Shown in pieces: positions 1-10,855 of a stretch of 64,000 nucleotides of DNA. The stretch is from Sulfurospirillaceae bacterium (lineage in GTDB: Bacteria > Campylobacterota > Campylobacteria > Campylobacterales > Sulfurospirillaceae), in contig JAWVXD010000006.1 in assembly GCA_033723415.1 (NCBI GenBank), positions 1 to 64,000 on the forward strand, given 5' to 3'. Made by a program: the position numbers and the translations under genes. The notes under the pieces are model-generated. The model did no database searches. It saw only the letters and a program-made list of their open reading frames with translations, and was not told the DNA's origin. How positions within the stretch are numbered: the stretch's first letter is position 1; each line of letters starts with the position of its first letter.

Positions 1-228
1 AAAATCAACACCTTTGAAGGCATCATCCAGTGAGTTTATATCTCGCACATCTCCGATATAAAATTTCAGCTTATCATTGTTGTATTTCTTTCTCATATCA
101 TCTTGTTTCAACTCATCGCGAGAAAATATTCTGATCTCTTTGATGTCAGTATCCAAAAAGTTACGAAGAACGGCATTGCCGAAGGAACCGGTGCCTCCTG
201 TGATAAGCAAGATTTTATTTTTGAACAT
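1..228 (-). CDS. fnlA: UDP-GlcNAc 4,6-dehydratase/5-epimerase (FnlA/WbjB/CapD-like), 5' part only; runs off window edge
   Basis: Not in ORF track. Manual translation from ATG at 228: MFKNKILLITGGTGSFGNAVLRNFLDTDIKEIRIFSRDELKQDDMRKKYNNDKLKFYIGDVRD, with the TGGTGSFG, FSRDE and GDVRD motifs. Confidence 0.8.
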   Translation of the reverse strand, partial: MFKNKILLITGGTGSFGNAVLRNFLDTDIKEIRIFSRDELKQDDMRKKYNNDKLKFYIGDVRDINSLDDAFKGVDF

Positions 229-1357
229 GTGCTACCTTTTCAAATATATTTATAATACTGTGATATTTGCTATTTTCATTTTTTATCAGATATTGCTGAT
301 TCTTAAGAATTGTATCTGTTATATCATTATTATCTAATAAAACAATCCTTTGTATCACATCGACCAAAGAGTTCATATCAAACAATTTATAGCTCAAGAC
401 ATGGTCTCCGTAAACACTTTTGGCATACGTTTCTTCTGGGCTTATCGCCAAAATTCCATTTTGCACTGCTTCTACCACGTGCAGTCCAAGAGTTTCTATA
501 ACCGATGTAGATACCAAGATCGTGTTGTCGGTAAATATATTTTCAGCCTCTTCTCTGGTATTGATATATCCTAAGAAATTCGTCCGCTCATCTAAATCTC
601 GATTCCAGATCGAGGAGTTATGGAGTTGCTCTTTTGTAAGCGTCACTGAGATCTCAAAGTTGATATTTAGCTCTCTTAGCTTCATCATGGCATTTGTAAA
701 ATCTATAAAATTTTTATGCAAATACTCGAAATGTGGCCCGACAATATATAAAAAGTTTATTTTCCGGCTCCAATCATACTCTTTTGGGTGACAAAAAAGC
801 TGCATGGAAACATCTATATCGCTTTTAACAAAAAACTGCTTGTCTGAGATATCCATAAAATCAGCGATTTGCTCTTTTACATGAGCTGATTGTATCTCAA
901 CATACTTCGTCTGCCGTAACATAGCGTGAAAAACTACTCTTCTTAAGAAAATCTGCTTCAGCCATAGTATGTATTGTTTGTTTTTAAAATATAACGCATC
1001 GATCTTTTTGCAGTAAAACAAAAGATTTTGGATTTTGGTTATCTGTGGGATCTTTGAAAAAAACTGTGCCGAGCCTGAGAAATTATAAACGAGATCAATA
1101 CTTTCTTTTTTGATCAGTTTTCTAAAAGTTACATTTTCATAGTAGAGTCTATGTAAAAAGCTTTTTAATTCTACAGTTTTAAATACAAGATAACTTATGT
1201 CGCGATATTTTTCTACCAATAATCTGATATTTTTATTGTCGTTGCAAATGATTAAATAGTGATTGTTGGCTTCTTGCGTACACTCTTGGAGAACTTTTTC
1301 AAGTACGGTGACCCCACCTGAATCTTGAATCCCCAGTGCATTTAATAATAGCTTCAA
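215..1357 (-). CDS. Glycosyltransferase (GT-B, GT4-like)
   Basis: 380 aa; N-terminal SGG motif; C-terminal 'ETLGLHVVEA' resembles the GT4 ExFGLxxxEA motif; lies in the polysaccharide cluster. Confidence 0.7.
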   Translation of the reverse strand: MKLLLNALGIQDSGGVTVLEKVLQECTQEANNHYLIICNDNKNIRLLVEKYRDISYLVFKTVELKSFLHRLYYENVTFRKLIKKESIDLVYNFSGSAQFFSKIPQITKIQNLLFYCKKIDALYFKNKQYILWLKQIFLRRVVFHAMLRQTKYVEIQSAHVKEQIADFMDISDKQFFVKSDIDVSMQLFCHPKEYDWSRKINFLYIVGPHFEYLHKNFIDFTNAMMKLRELNINFEISVTLTKEQLHNSSIWNRDLDERTNFLGYINTREEAENIFTDNTILVSTSVIETLGLHVVEAVQNGILAISPEETYAKSVYGDHVLSYKLFDMNSLVDVIQRIVLLDNNDITDTILKNQQYLIKNENSKYHSIINIFEKVAHVQK

Positions 1358-2385
1358 AATTCAATATCCTCGGGTATATTATGAACTTTTTTAACAATGT
1401 ATCGCAGAGTTTTATTCAATCCAATAAGCATTAGCATTTTAAGTAAAGAGGCAAAGATAAAGATTTTAAATTTTCTCTTGTCAAATAAAACCTTACGAAT
1501 CAAACCTGGATCAAACAATGCAATATCTTTTGATCGAACCAATTGTTTATTTAAAATTTTATTGCTAACCACCAAAATATTATCTTTAAATTTTAGATAC
1601 TTATAATCTGCTAAATCAAAGTTTAAATTATGATATTTACTAAGATAAAAATCTATAACTAAAAACATATCCCTTGGTACTACTCTTTTAAATTTGATAC
1701 GATAAGAAAAACTTGCAGTTGACACACGATACGAAATAAGCTTGTCAGTGATAATACCGATATCTTTGATCTCGCTAAATCTCAACCATACATCCAGATC
1801 AGCCGATGTTTTAAATTTATCACCATTCCATGATTTGATTTGATTTTTATAAATATCGACTTTGGCCATAACACTTGGTGTGATCAAAAAATTATCATAC
1901 TTCAAAATCAATTTGAATAATTCTTGAAAATTAAACCGATGATATTTCTTATCTTTGAGCTCTTCAGGGAAAAATTGCTCACCTATAATTCGTGCATTAT
2001 CATCTATCAAGTCTGCTCTTACAAAAATAGCTGAGATGTCATTTTTAGATAAAAATTTAACTTGCATTTCTACCATATTTGGCTTATAAATATCGTCAGC
2101 ATGGTATATTGCACCAAAATCTCCCTCCAAACCTTCTATGCACTTTGTAAAATTAGCTTCTCCACCGATATTTTCTTTATTTTGAAATATTTTTATATTT
2201 GAATATTTTTTTTCATACTCTTTTAAAATCTCTATACTACCGTCTGTAGAAGCATTGTCAAAAACTTTTATAATGATATTTTGATATGTTTGATTCAGAA
2301 TGCTATCCAAAGTCGCAGATATAGTATCTTTATTATTATAATGTGGGATGCAAATACATACTAATGGGCGATTTTGCAATTTCAT
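1354..2385 (-). CDS. Glycosyltransferase family 2
   Basis: PLVCICIPHYN, DNASTDGS, HADD and DLDVWLR motifs. Confidence 0.9.
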   Translation of the reverse strand: MKLQNRPLVCICIPHYNNKDTISATLDSILNQTYQNIIIKVFDNASTDGSIEILKEYEKKYSNIKIFQNKENIGGEANFTKCIEGLEGDFGAIYHADDIYKPNMVEMQVKFLSKNDISAIFVRADLIDDNARIIGEQFFPEELKDKKYHRFNFQELFKLILKYDNFLITPSVMAKVDIYKNQIKSWNGDKFKTSADLDVWLRFSEIKDIGIITDKLISYRVSTASFSYRIKFKRVVPRDMFLVIDFYLSKYHNLNFDLADYKYLKFKDNILVVSNKILNKQLVRSKDIALFDPGLIRKVLFDKRKFKIFIFASLLKMLMLIGLNKTLRYIVKKVHNIPEDIEF

Positions 2386-3884
2386 ACCTTCCTTTTTAAA
2401 ATATTTATAATAATTTGCTTATCTGCCTGTTCTACAAATTTCCAAGTAAAATAAATATATATAAAACTCAATACAATAAATAAAATTAATTTGAACCAAA
2501 ATATGTTAATTTGAACTGAAAACATCGATATTAATACAGAAGGCATAACCAATATAAAAAAATGCTTTTTATTAAAATCATAATTAAATGATATTTCTTT
2601 ATCTGTTAATTTTTCGATATACCTAGATAAGAATATAAATCCCGTGAAGAATGCAGCTAATGCCGTAGCTAATGCCACACCACCTATTCCAAAGTACTTT
2701 ACTAAAATGATTGATAAGATAAAATTCAACACAGCTTCTCCCCATATTATAAGAAGTACTTTGTTTGCAAGATTCAAGCTATAAATAATAGTAGCAAACG
2801 TATTTACATATGATAGGATAAAACCATAAAGACCTAATGCAAATATTAACAAATAACCGCCAAATGCTTTTTCAGTTCCAGTCCATAAGTAAATAACATC
2901 CTTTGCAAAAAATATTAAAGAGAACCAAACAAATCCACCTATTACAGGAAGTACTTTTAATATAGAAGAAGAATATCTATTTATTTTTTCAAAGTTTCCT
3001 TCTGAAAAAGCATTGCCATAGATTGGACCTACTACTCCATTTATCATGGCCGAAAAAATAAATATATATGTGAACATTTTAAATGCAATTGCATAAGGCG
3101 TAATAAATTCTGGAGATAGAAAATGATTTATAACTAAATTATCAGTACTCCAGACAACACTCACTGCAATTCCTACTTGAAAAAAGGCAAATCCACTTTT
3201 TATAATGTCTTTATTTAAAATTTTATCTTCGTAACTTACGCTTATTTTGAGATACCTAAATTTGATCATTACATGGATTACTGAAACCATATTAAGTAAA
3301 ATCTGCAGCCCCAATGTCAAGAAGGCAAAATAATATATATCGAGTTTTAAGTATACAACTACCAATAAGACTAAAAAATTAAAAAATATGCTTAGAGTTT
3401 GGTATATTTCAAATATATATATTAAATTCATTCCAACAAAAAATTGTATATATAAATTAAGTGGAATCTTGAGAAGTGTAATAATTACAAATAAAATAAA
3501 GATTTGCTTTGTAACTGATACATATTGATTTGCAATGTTTCCCAACAGGGTAATGATCCAATTTGTGTCTATATAGATTGATAATAAAAAGGCAAACAAC
3601 AATGCAAATACTATAGCGCTTAAAATCAACGTAGATTTTTGGAGAATCTTATATTTTTCATTTTGATTTGCAGTTTTTGCAACTAACGTACTCATAGCTG
3701 ATGGTATACCAAATGAAATGTTATTTAAATAACCGGCTAATCCAAGAATCAATGCCCATATACCAAACAAAGTAGCCCCAAAATAATGAAGCATTAAAGG
3801 AACCGATATAATCCCTGTAAGCAAAGTAGTAACTTGTCTTAAATAACTGAAAGACAATCCTTTTAAAAAAATTGATTTCGACAT
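2382..3884 (-). CDS. wzx: Wzx-type oligosaccharide flippase (MOP superfamily)
   Basis: 500 aa with many hydrophobic segments; 'FGIWALILG' near the N-terminus and 'FGIGGVALAT' near the C-terminus; cluster context. Confidence 0.85.
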   Translation of the reverse strand: MSKSIFLKGLSFSYLRQVTTLLTGIISVPLMLHYFGATLFGIWALILGLAGYLNNISFGIPSAMSTLVAKTANQNEKYKILQKSTLILSAIVFALLFAFLLSIYIDTNWIITLLGNIANQYVSVTKQIFILFVIITLLKIPLNLYIQFFVGMNLIYIFEIYQTLSIFFNFLVLLVVVYLKLDIYYFAFLTLGLQILLNMVSVIHVMIKFRYLKISVSYEDKILNKDIIKSGFAFFQVGIAVSVVWSTDNLVINHFLSPEFITPYAIAFKMFTYIFIFSAMINGVVGPIYGNAFSEGNFEKINRYSSSILKVLPVIGGFVWFSLIFFAKDVIYLWTGTEKAFGGYLLIFALGLYGFILSYVNTFATIIYSLNLANKVLLIIWGEAVLNFILSIILVKYFGIGGVALATALAAFFTGFIFLSRYIEKLTDKEISFNYDFNKKHFFILVMPSVLISMFSVQINIFWFKLILFIVLSFIYIYFTWKFVEQADKQIIINILKRKV

Positions 3885-4885
3885 TATTTGATAGAACTTT
3901 TTATTGTTTTATATAATTTAAAAATTGACCTAGGAATAAATATTAATTTCTGTGGTATAAGTAAAAGAGGAACTGTAACTATCCAAAAGAAATAGTCATA
4001 TTTAAATAATTTTACCATATTGAAAAAAACTTTATAGTCTAGCTTCATTCCATACTCTTTTGATTGTACAATGGACATAAGTAGTGTAAGTCTAGACTGT
4101 TTTAATTTTAAAATTTGAACAATTTCTTTTTTATACCCTTTATTCAACATACTTTCAATGACTTGAATATGTAGCATCACCAATAATAATAAGTAACTAT
4201 TTGATTTAGTCCACCAACCATTTTTTTCTCTAAAAAGAGTAAAAAATGGCATAGTCAACAACAATGTTTTGGAGTTATCTTCTAATGCAATCATATCTAA
4301 AATTCTTTCAACATGGCACCAACCATCTACGACAAGTTTATTCTTTGTAATTTGTTGCCATTTATTTTTATTAATAACATTTGAAGATACGGCGGTTCCA
4401 TATTTATCAACGGGAAAATCATTCTTTGACTCAATGAGGATATCATTATCAAAATCAAATACTCTTGATTCAGTAAGCTCTTGTTTTTGTTCATCATATA
4501 TATCAAAGTCTACAAGAATATTTGTATATTCTTGTTCAACATTTAATTGCTCAATTAATCTGTGCAAGGCATTACTCTTAATTTGTTCACCGCACCCCAA
4601 GAACCAAACATACTTTCCGCTTGACCGCTCAACCAAGGCATCAATATTTGCATCATAACCTATATTTATTTCGTTGCAATAATAATTTATATCTAGGTCT
4701 TGGTTTATAAATTTTTTGATAACTTGTGATGTGCCATCAATAGATTTATTATCCGAAACCAAAATTTCAACTATCTGTTTTTCCTGGGATGATAAAGCTT
4801 CCAAAGCTTTATCAATACTTTCCAGAGTAAGTCCTATACAAGTCTCTCCATTATATACAGGTAATGCTAAAGTCAATAATTTCAT
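3884..4885 (-). CDS. GT2 glycosyltransferase, RfbV/abequosyltransferase-like (candidate CDP-dideoxy/branched sugar transferase)
   Basis: LLTLALPVYN, VSDNKSIDGT and NIGYDANI...GKYVWFLG resemble RfbV-type GT2 enzymes. Confidence 0.7.
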   Translation of the reverse strand: MKLLTLALPVYNGETCIGLTLESIDKALEALSSQEKQIVEILVSDNKSIDGTSQVIKKFINQDLDINYYCNEINIGYDANIDALVERSSGKYVWFLGCGEQIKSNALHRLIEQLNVEQEYTNILVDFDIYDEQKQELTESRVFDFDNDILIESKNDFPVDKYGTAVSSNVINKNKWQQITKNKLVVDGWCHVERILDMIALEDNSKTLLLTMPFFTLFREKNGWWTKSNSYLLLLVMLHIQVIESMLNKGYKKEIVQILKLKQSRLTLLMSIVQSKEYGMKLDYKVFFNMVKLFKYDYFFWIVTVPLLLIPQKLIFIPRSIFKLYKTIKSSIK

Positions 4886-5880
4886 ACAACATTCTCAATC
4901 AGCTGATCTACAAAGAATTTACTACTAAACTGATGGATATTTTTACTATTTAAATATTGTTCGATATTGTTCAAATATTCCAAATATTGTTCCTCACTCA
5001 TATGTTTCAAAAACTTGTACAGTTTTTCATAACTATCAAATTTTCTTTTATCTATAAAACACTCTTTTGGGATATATTCTGTTATATTATTTGCACCCCA
5101 ATAGATTGGGATACATCCAGCGAAAAAGCAATCAAATATCTTTTCTGTTATATACCCTGGTATATCTCTTGCATTTTCATAACAAATAGAAAATTTATAT
5201 TTTTCTAAAACCTCTCTTTTAGAATCTATCCTACCTTTATAACTTGAAAATTTTGGTTGAAGTAAAGTTGCCATATTAGTTTTGGATAAAAAATAGTTTA
5301 TATATTTATTTGGGTGTGAAAATTTATCCCAACCTATGCCATAAAAATCAAAATCTTCAGGATGATTCTTTTCAAACCATTTTATAGCTTCAATTCTTTT
5401 TGTATAAAGTTCCAGTGGATGATTTACTTTTTTATTACCTGAGATAAGAGTGCAAAGCTTTTCTTTTTTAGACAGATCTTTAGCTATAGTCTTTGGTATA
5501 TTTTGTGCGAAATTAAACTTAAAATATTTTTTATTGTCTATGATATCATCTTGCCAAGTAAATATTTTATGAAAGTAATCATGCTTTGAGATATCCCAAT
5601 TGTCAGGTCGAATCAGCTCACTCTCAAATATCAGCAGATATGATTTATGTATATCCCTTTTTTCAGGTAATACTTTCGGCATTTCATTATAGATCACAAT
5701 ATCTGATTCTTCAATAGTGTTTATATCGTGTGTAGCTAAGATATAACCGTTTTCATACAGTCTTTCTTTTAACAAGAAAAAAGGAAACATACAATTATCT
5801 CTATTGATCAATTTATCCGATAGATCAAAAAGTTTATTTTTCTGATATGTTGGAGCAACGACTATACATGCTTTTTTCAT
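4882..5880 (-). CDS. Glycosyltransferase family 10 (alpha-1,3/4-fucosyltransferase-like)
   Basis: 'YKFSICYENARDIPGYITEKIFDCFFAGCIPIYWG' is the GT10 signature. Confidence 0.9.
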   Translation of the reverse strand: MKKACIVVAPTYQKNKLFDLSDKLINRDNCMFPFFLLKERLYENGYILATHDINTIEESDIVIYNEMPKVLPEKRDIHKSYLLIFESELIRPDNWDISKHDYFHKIFTWQDDIIDNKKYFKFNFAQNIPKTIAKDLSKKEKLCTLISGNKKVNHPLELYTKRIEAIKWFEKNHPEDFDFYGIGWDKFSHPNKYINYFLSKTNMATLLQPKFSSYKGRIDSKREVLEKYKFSICYENARDIPGYITEKIFDCFFAGCIPIYWGANNITEYIPKECFIDKRKFDSYEKLYKFLKHMSEEQYLEYLNNIEQYLNSKNIHQFSSKFFVDQLIENVV

Positions 5881-6863
5881 TTTATTTGCTCCAAAACATC
5901 TCTCAATCTGTTTATATATCCATGTTCTTGTATAGCTTTTTCATGAGATTTGTTTTTTATCATTTCTCTTTCGCTCTCATTTTCTAGATAATATCGAATC
6001 AATAATTCTGCTTCATCGACATCTATATAACATACTAACTCTTTACCGATATTAAAATAATTTTCTATAGATGGAGCATAATCTGTTAGCTGAAATCCAC
6101 CAAAATATGGTATTTCAAAATTTCTTGCTTTGATTTGGCTAGCATTTTTTTGACTTCTAAATAGCAAGGGTATGGCTTTCCAATAACTCAATAAATATCG
6201 AATATCAAAACTATTGCTATTTCCAATATTTAAGTTTATCTTAGAACTAGTAAACAACTTATTCATATCATTTCCACTCAAAGGTCCATTTTCCCAGCCG
6301 TTGCCAAATGCTTCGACATTTATGCCTCTTTTTTTCAGAGTATTGATAAACCACTTTCTATAGGGATGAAAACCTCCTACAAAAGTTACATCATATTTAT
6401 AGCCTTCAAATTTTGGTATCTGATGACTATTTATTGCTGCCCATTGACTGTAAATGACATTATTTTGACCTATTTTCTTGTATTTTGGTATAGAAAATTT
6501 ATCTGTGGTAATACAGTATGTAAAATGAGTTGCATACTCATAAGTAAAACTATCAAATCTCCACTGGTCATCTCCAAACCAGTTTACCGTCGTATATTTT
6601 GATTTCAGATAATCCAGAGTATCAAGCTCAAATTGATCCAAAAAGAGTGAAAAAAATATTAGATCAGGTCCTTCTTTGTCTGCAACTTCTTTAAGTTTTT
6701 CTTGCAGAGGATTTGTATTATTTAAATACTCATCATAATAGAACATGACCACTTCATGACCTAGTTTCTCAAAGGAGTCTTTAAAACCATCAAGGCCTAT
6801 TATATTTTTACCACGGGCCTTTATGCCATAATCATATTGTAAATCCACATATAAAATTTTCAT
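5877..6863 (-). CDS. CgeB-like glycosyltransferase
   Basis: WFGDD, YDVTFVG, SKINLN and 'RNFEIPYFGGFQLT' are typical of CgeB/Glyco_trans_1_2. Confidence 0.8.
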   Translation of the reverse strand: MKILYVDLQYDYGIKARGKNIIGLDGFKDSFEKLGHEVVMFYYDEYLNNTNPLQEKLKEVADKEGPDLIFFSLFLDQFELDTLDYLKSKYTTVNWFGDDQWRFDSFTYEYATHFTYCITTDKFSIPKYKKIGQNNVIYSQWAAINSHQIPKFEGYKYDVTFVGGFHPYRKWFINTLKKRGINVEAFGNGWENGPLSGNDMNKLFTSSKINLNIGNSNSFDIRYLLSYWKAIPLLFRSQKNASQIKARNFEIPYFGGFQLTDYAPSIENYFNIGKELVCYIDVDEAELLIRYYLENESEREMIKNKSHEKAIQEHGYINRLRDVLEQIK

Positions 6864-8192
6864 TTATTTTGCACAAAACTCTCTAATTTTTTCAATCATG
6901 TACCCGATTGCTTCATCGCCCATACCTGGATATAACCCTATCCAAAAGCTATCTGTCATGATCTTATCCGTGTTAGTCAGTTCATTGATCACTCTATAAT
7001 CTTTATCTTCTATCATACTGTCAAACATAGGATGTCTGAGCATATTTCCTGCAAAAAGATTTCTTGTTTGGATATTATTGTTCTCTAGAAATTCTACCAG
7101 TTCATTTCTAGTGAACTTTACGCCATCTTTTAATGTCATCATAAATCCAAACCAGCTAGGATCTGAGTTTGGTTGTGTTTCTACAAGTTGGAGTTCATTG
7201 ATCTCTTTAAGTCCATTGTAGAGTTTTTTAAAATTCTCTTTTCTTTTCTCTACGAAGCTTGGAAACTTCTCAAGTTGTGCCACGCCGACTGCAGCTTGCA
7301 TATCTGATACTTTTAGATTAAATCCGAAGTGAGAATAGACATATTTATGATCATACCCTTTTGGCAGTGATCCAAAGCTTTGTGAAAATCTTGCTCCACA
7401 GGTATTATCCACACCACTCTCACACCAACAGTCTCTCCCCCAGTCTCTCATACTGAGCATTATCTTTTTAAGTAGAGGATTGTCGGTATAAGTCGCTCCT
7501 CCTTCACCCATGGTCATATGATGTGGAGGATAAAAACTTGATGTTCCGATATCTCCCCATGTTCCTGTCGGCTTATTATCATAAAGGCTGCCAAGTGCAT
7601 CACAGTTATCCTCTACAAGCCAAAGGTTATGTTGATCACAGAACTCTTTCACAGCTTTGATATTAAACGGATTTCCCAAAGTATGTGCTATCATAACAGC
7701 TTTTGTTTTTGGACTTAGTGCTTTTTCTAATTGGGTCACATCTATATTAAAATGAGTCAGTTCCATATCTACAAATACAGGCACTGCACCATATTGTACG
7801 ATAGGGGCAATAGTTGTAGGAAATCCTGCAGCAACGGTTATGACTTCATCACCTCGTTTGATCTGTCGCTCTTTTAGAAGTGGCGATGTTAGAGCATAAA
7901 AGGCTAGCAGGTTTGCACTACTTCCGGAGTTTACAAGAAATGCCCATCTAACGCCTAAAAATTGAGCCAGTTTTTTTTCAAATATTTTAGAGTAATCTCC
8001 ATAAGTCAACCAAAAATCAAGCGAACTATCTACCAGGTTTATCATCTCTTTTTCATCAAACACGCGTCCTGCGTAGTTCACGCGAGACTTTCCTGCTACA
8101 AACTCTTTGGTCTGGTTTGGTTTATGTACCAGTTCATAATACTCTTTTGTCTTATCTAATATCTCTTGTTTCAGCTGCTGCTCTTTTGTCAT
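6864..8192 (-). CDS. rfbH: CDP-4-keto-6-deoxy-D-glucose 3-dehydrase (E1, RfbH/DdhC)
   Basis: SSFYPPHHMTMGEGG (His at the usual Lys position), Fe-S motif WGRDCWC...NTCG, GYDHKY. Start set at the ATG overlapping the upstream TAA. Confidence 0.93.
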   Translation of the reverse strand: MTKEQQLKQEILDKTKEYYELVHKPNQTKEFVAGKSRVNYAGRVFDEKEMINLVDSSLDFWLTYGDYSKIFEKKLAQFLGVRWAFLVNSGSSANLLAFYALTSPLLKERQIKRGDEVITVAAGFPTTIAPIVQYGAVPVFVDMELTHFNIDVTQLEKALSPKTKAVMIAHTLGNPFNIKAVKEFCDQHNLWLVEDNCDALGSLYDNKPTGTWGDIGTSSFYPPHHMTMGEGGATYTDNPLLKKIMLSMRDWGRDCWCESGVDNTCGARFSQSFGSLPKGYDHKYVYSHFGFNLKVSDMQAAVGVAQLEKFPSFVEKRKENFKKLYNGLKEINELQLVETQPNSDPSWFGFMMTLKDGVKFTRNELVEFLENNNIQTRNLFAGNMLRHPMFDSMIEDKDYRVINELTNTDKIMTDSFWIGLYPGMGDEAIGYMIEKIREFCAK

Positions 8193-9115
8193 TATTTGCC
8201 TTTCCACATGTTTTCTATTTTCTTAAGGTAGGGATCATTTATGATGCTTTCTTTGTCTAAATTATTAACGTTACACTTATAATACTCTCTCATCTTTCTT
8301 ATAGCATCTTGATGAGAAGTAAACTGAAAATCATCCAACTCTTTTAAAATTCTTTCATTGTTCGATGTATACTCATGATTTAATCCATCATTTAAGACTT
8401 TAATCTCAGATTTAAAATCGCTTGCTTCATTGACAATATTGGCTAAAGTGATCAAATCCACTTTCTTCCCGGTAGTCGCATTATAGATTTTTTCTTGATT
8501 GTCATGATGTATAAACCAATCAATCATCGTAACTAAATCATCTATATAAATATAATCAAAATAGACATTTTTATTGATCACTATCGGTAGTTTCAGTATA
8601 TTTTTCACGATTGCATTGGAGATAAATTTAAACCGATAATTCTCATACTCCCCATACGCTCCAAAGATGCGAAGCTGCACGATGTTATCTGATCTTTCGA
8701 TATATCTTGATGTGATAGATTTATAAAACCCATACTCATCCAACGGCATTGCCTGAAGGTAGTCATCTTCTTTCGCATCCACTATAGGTTTATGTTTACT
8801 ATACTCTGCACCGCTTCCAAAAGAGATGATCTTTTTTACATTTTGTTCATGTTTAGCGATATTGAAAAATATCCGAAGATTATACTCTGTCACATTTTTC
8901 ATATCACTCGTATCTCTTCCTCCACCGCGATTTGCAAGATGAATGATCAAGTCGATTTTATGTGACAAAATATAGTTATCAACCGCTTTTTCATCAGCCA
9001 AATCCAACTCTTTGCTAGATGGTGTGAAAAGAGTGTAATGGATATAGTTTTTTTGCAAATATTCTTTTAGGTGGGAACCTATAAATCCGTTTGAGCCTGT
9101 TATAAAGATGTTCAT
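8192..9115 (-). CDS. NAD-dependent sugar epimerase/reductase (extended SDR; candidate YerF-like)
   Basis: ITGSNGFIG, GSGAEY and YGFYK catalytic motifs; lies between the yerE-like gene and rfbH. Confidence 0.75.
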   Translation of the reverse strand: MNIFITGSNGFIGSHLKEYLQKNYIHYTLFTPSSKELDLADEKAVDNYILSHKIDLIIHLANRGGGRDTSDMKNVTEYNLRIFFNIAKHEQNVKKIISFGSGAEYSKHKPIVDAKEDDYLQAMPLDEYGFYKSITSRYIERSDNIVQLRIFGAYGEYENYRFKFISNAIVKNILKLPIVINKNVYFDYIYIDDLVTMIDWFIHHDNQEKIYNATTGKKVDLITLANIVNEASDFKSEIKVLNDGLNHEYTSNNERILKELDDFQFTSHQDAIRKMREYYKCNVNNLDKESIINDPYLKKIENMWKGK

Positions 9116-10855
9116 TTAATCTTCTAAAGGCTTTATTATCATAAGTGAACGCAATACATCTTCCGCAAGAAATGGATGCATATCTTCAATAGGCTTATTC
9201 ACTATCAATTTAGGCTCAACAGTAGTCATTTGGACTGGCAATTCAATATTTATAAGTTCTGGTTTATCGCTTGAAAAAACCTTTTCTAATTCTTCTTCAA
9301 TACTATTCATATCAGTTATAAGTTTTGAATCTATACCATAAGCTTTGGCTATGCCTACTAAATCAGGTACGCTATAATCATCAACCGTTCCAGAATATCG
9401 TTTATCAAAATACAACTCTTGAAATTGTCTTACCATTCCTAAGTTTTTGTTGTTTAAGATAAAGATCTTAATGGGTAAATTCCGTCTTTTTATTACCTCT
9501 AATTCTTGTATATTCATCTGAATACCGCCATCCCCCGCAATAACGACCGTCCTTTTGCCTGAAGCGATACAAGCTCCTATGGAAGTAGGCAGAGCAAATC
9601 CCATAGCACCCATACCACCGGAGAAAAGAACTCTTTGATTTGCTTTTGTATTTAAAGATTGTGCCGTCCACATTTGATGTTGTCCTACATCGACACAAAC
9701 GACTTCATCTTTTAGGAACTTAGCTATTTTAGAGACAACTAAATTTGGTATTTTTTCATTGTTATCGATCCCAACAATAGAAGAGAATCTACTCTTATAA
9801 ATGTTCAGATGCTTTAACCAATCCCTCGTATCAATTTCTAAAGACTTAGTATTTATTTTCTCCAGAAATTCTTTTGTATCTGAGCATATTTTTAAATCTA
9901 CTTTGATTTTAGAACCCAATTCATCTTTATCTATATCTACTTGTATAATTTTTGCTTCTCTTGCAAAAGTATCTAAATTTGTTCCTGTCTGTCTTGTGTC
10001 AAGTCTCGAACCTAAGACAAGTATCAGATCACTATTTGCCAATGTCAAATTTCCATATCTATTGCCATAGGCACCAATTAAACCCATATTGTATTCATAC
10101 TCTTCACTGATAGCATCTTTCCCCATCAATGAGTATACAATCGGCATATTATATTTTTTTAGAAATTCTAAGAGTTCCTCTTGAGCATTTGCAATTCTAA
10201 CACCGCCTCCTACTAACACAACAGGTCTTTTTGAATGATTTAACGTATCTATAGCTTCATCTATAAAATAGTCACTTTTATTGCTATATTGTTGATATTC
10301 TTCGCTATCAAAAAAAGATTTTAAGCTATCAATCTCTACTTCACTCCTTTGGATATTCATAGGGATATCCACTAGAACTGGACCTTTCCTGCCGTGTTGT
10401 GAAATATAATATGCTTTTTCAAGTTCATATCTTATATTTTCTATTTTATCAATCATGACAGCATATTTGACGATTGGTTTAACGATACTTACAATATCCG
10501 TTTCTTGAAAACCGATTTGTCGAACAGGTTTGTCATATTTGTATTCATAAGTATTGACCTGCCCGGTTATAAATAAAGTTGGCACTGAATCAAAATAACA
10601 ACTACCGATTGAAGTTATCAAGTTCGTTGCCCCAGGTCCACTTGTTGCTAGTGTCACCCCTGACTTTCCAGTTATTCTGGAGTATCCCTCTGCTGCAAAA
10701 GCTGCCCCTTGCTCGTTGATACAATTGATGATTTCTATTTTATCATTTTTATCTATGGAGTGGTAAATATGTGCAACAGCACCACCAATATATCCAAATA
10801 CCTTATCTATGTATTTTTCCAATAAAAAGTCTACTAAATAATCTGATATTTTCAT
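9116..10855 (-). CDS. yerE: ThDP-dependent acetolactate-synthase-like carboligase, YerE-like (branched-chain sugar synthesis)
   Basis: EQGAAFAA, TSGPGATN, TGQVNT...RQIGFQE, DVGQHQMW and GDGG...NN motifs; embedded among CDP-sugar genes. Start set at the ATGA overlap with the rfbG stop. Confidence 0.75.
   Translation of the reverse strand: MKISDYLVDFLLEKYIDKVFGYIGGAVAHIYHSIDKNDKIEIINCINEQGAAFAAEGYSRITGKSGVTLATSGPGATNLITSIGSCYFDSVPTLFITGQVNTYEYKYDKPVRQIGFQETDIVSIVKPIVKYAVMIDKIENIRYELEKAYYISQHGRKGPVLVDIPMNIQRSEVEIDSLKSFFDSEEYQQYSNKSDYFIDEAIDTLNHSKRPVVLVGGGVRIANAQEELLEFLKKYNMPIVYSLMGKDAISEEYEYNMGLIGAYGNRYGNLTLANSDLILVLGSRLDTRQTGTNLDTFAREAKIIQVDIDKDELGSKIKVDLKICSDTKEFLEKINTKSLEIDTRDWLKHLNIYKSRFSSIVGIDNNEKIPNLVVSKIAKFLKDEVVCVDVGQHQMWTAQSLNTKANQRVLFSGGMGAMGFALPTSIGACIASGKRTVVIAGDGGIQMNIQELEVIKRRNLPIKIFILNNKNLGMVRQFQELYFDKRYSGTVDDYSVPDLVGIAKAYGIDSKLITDMNSIEEELEKVFSSDKPELINIELPVQMTTVEPKLIVNKPIEDMHPFLAEDVLRSLMIIKPLED

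Noticed and set aside
4951..4993. Short repeats of AATATTGTTC-like units
   Set aside because: They lie within the GT10 coding sequence (EQYLEYLNNIEQYLN); irregular, with no spacers, so not a CRISPR array or VNTR.
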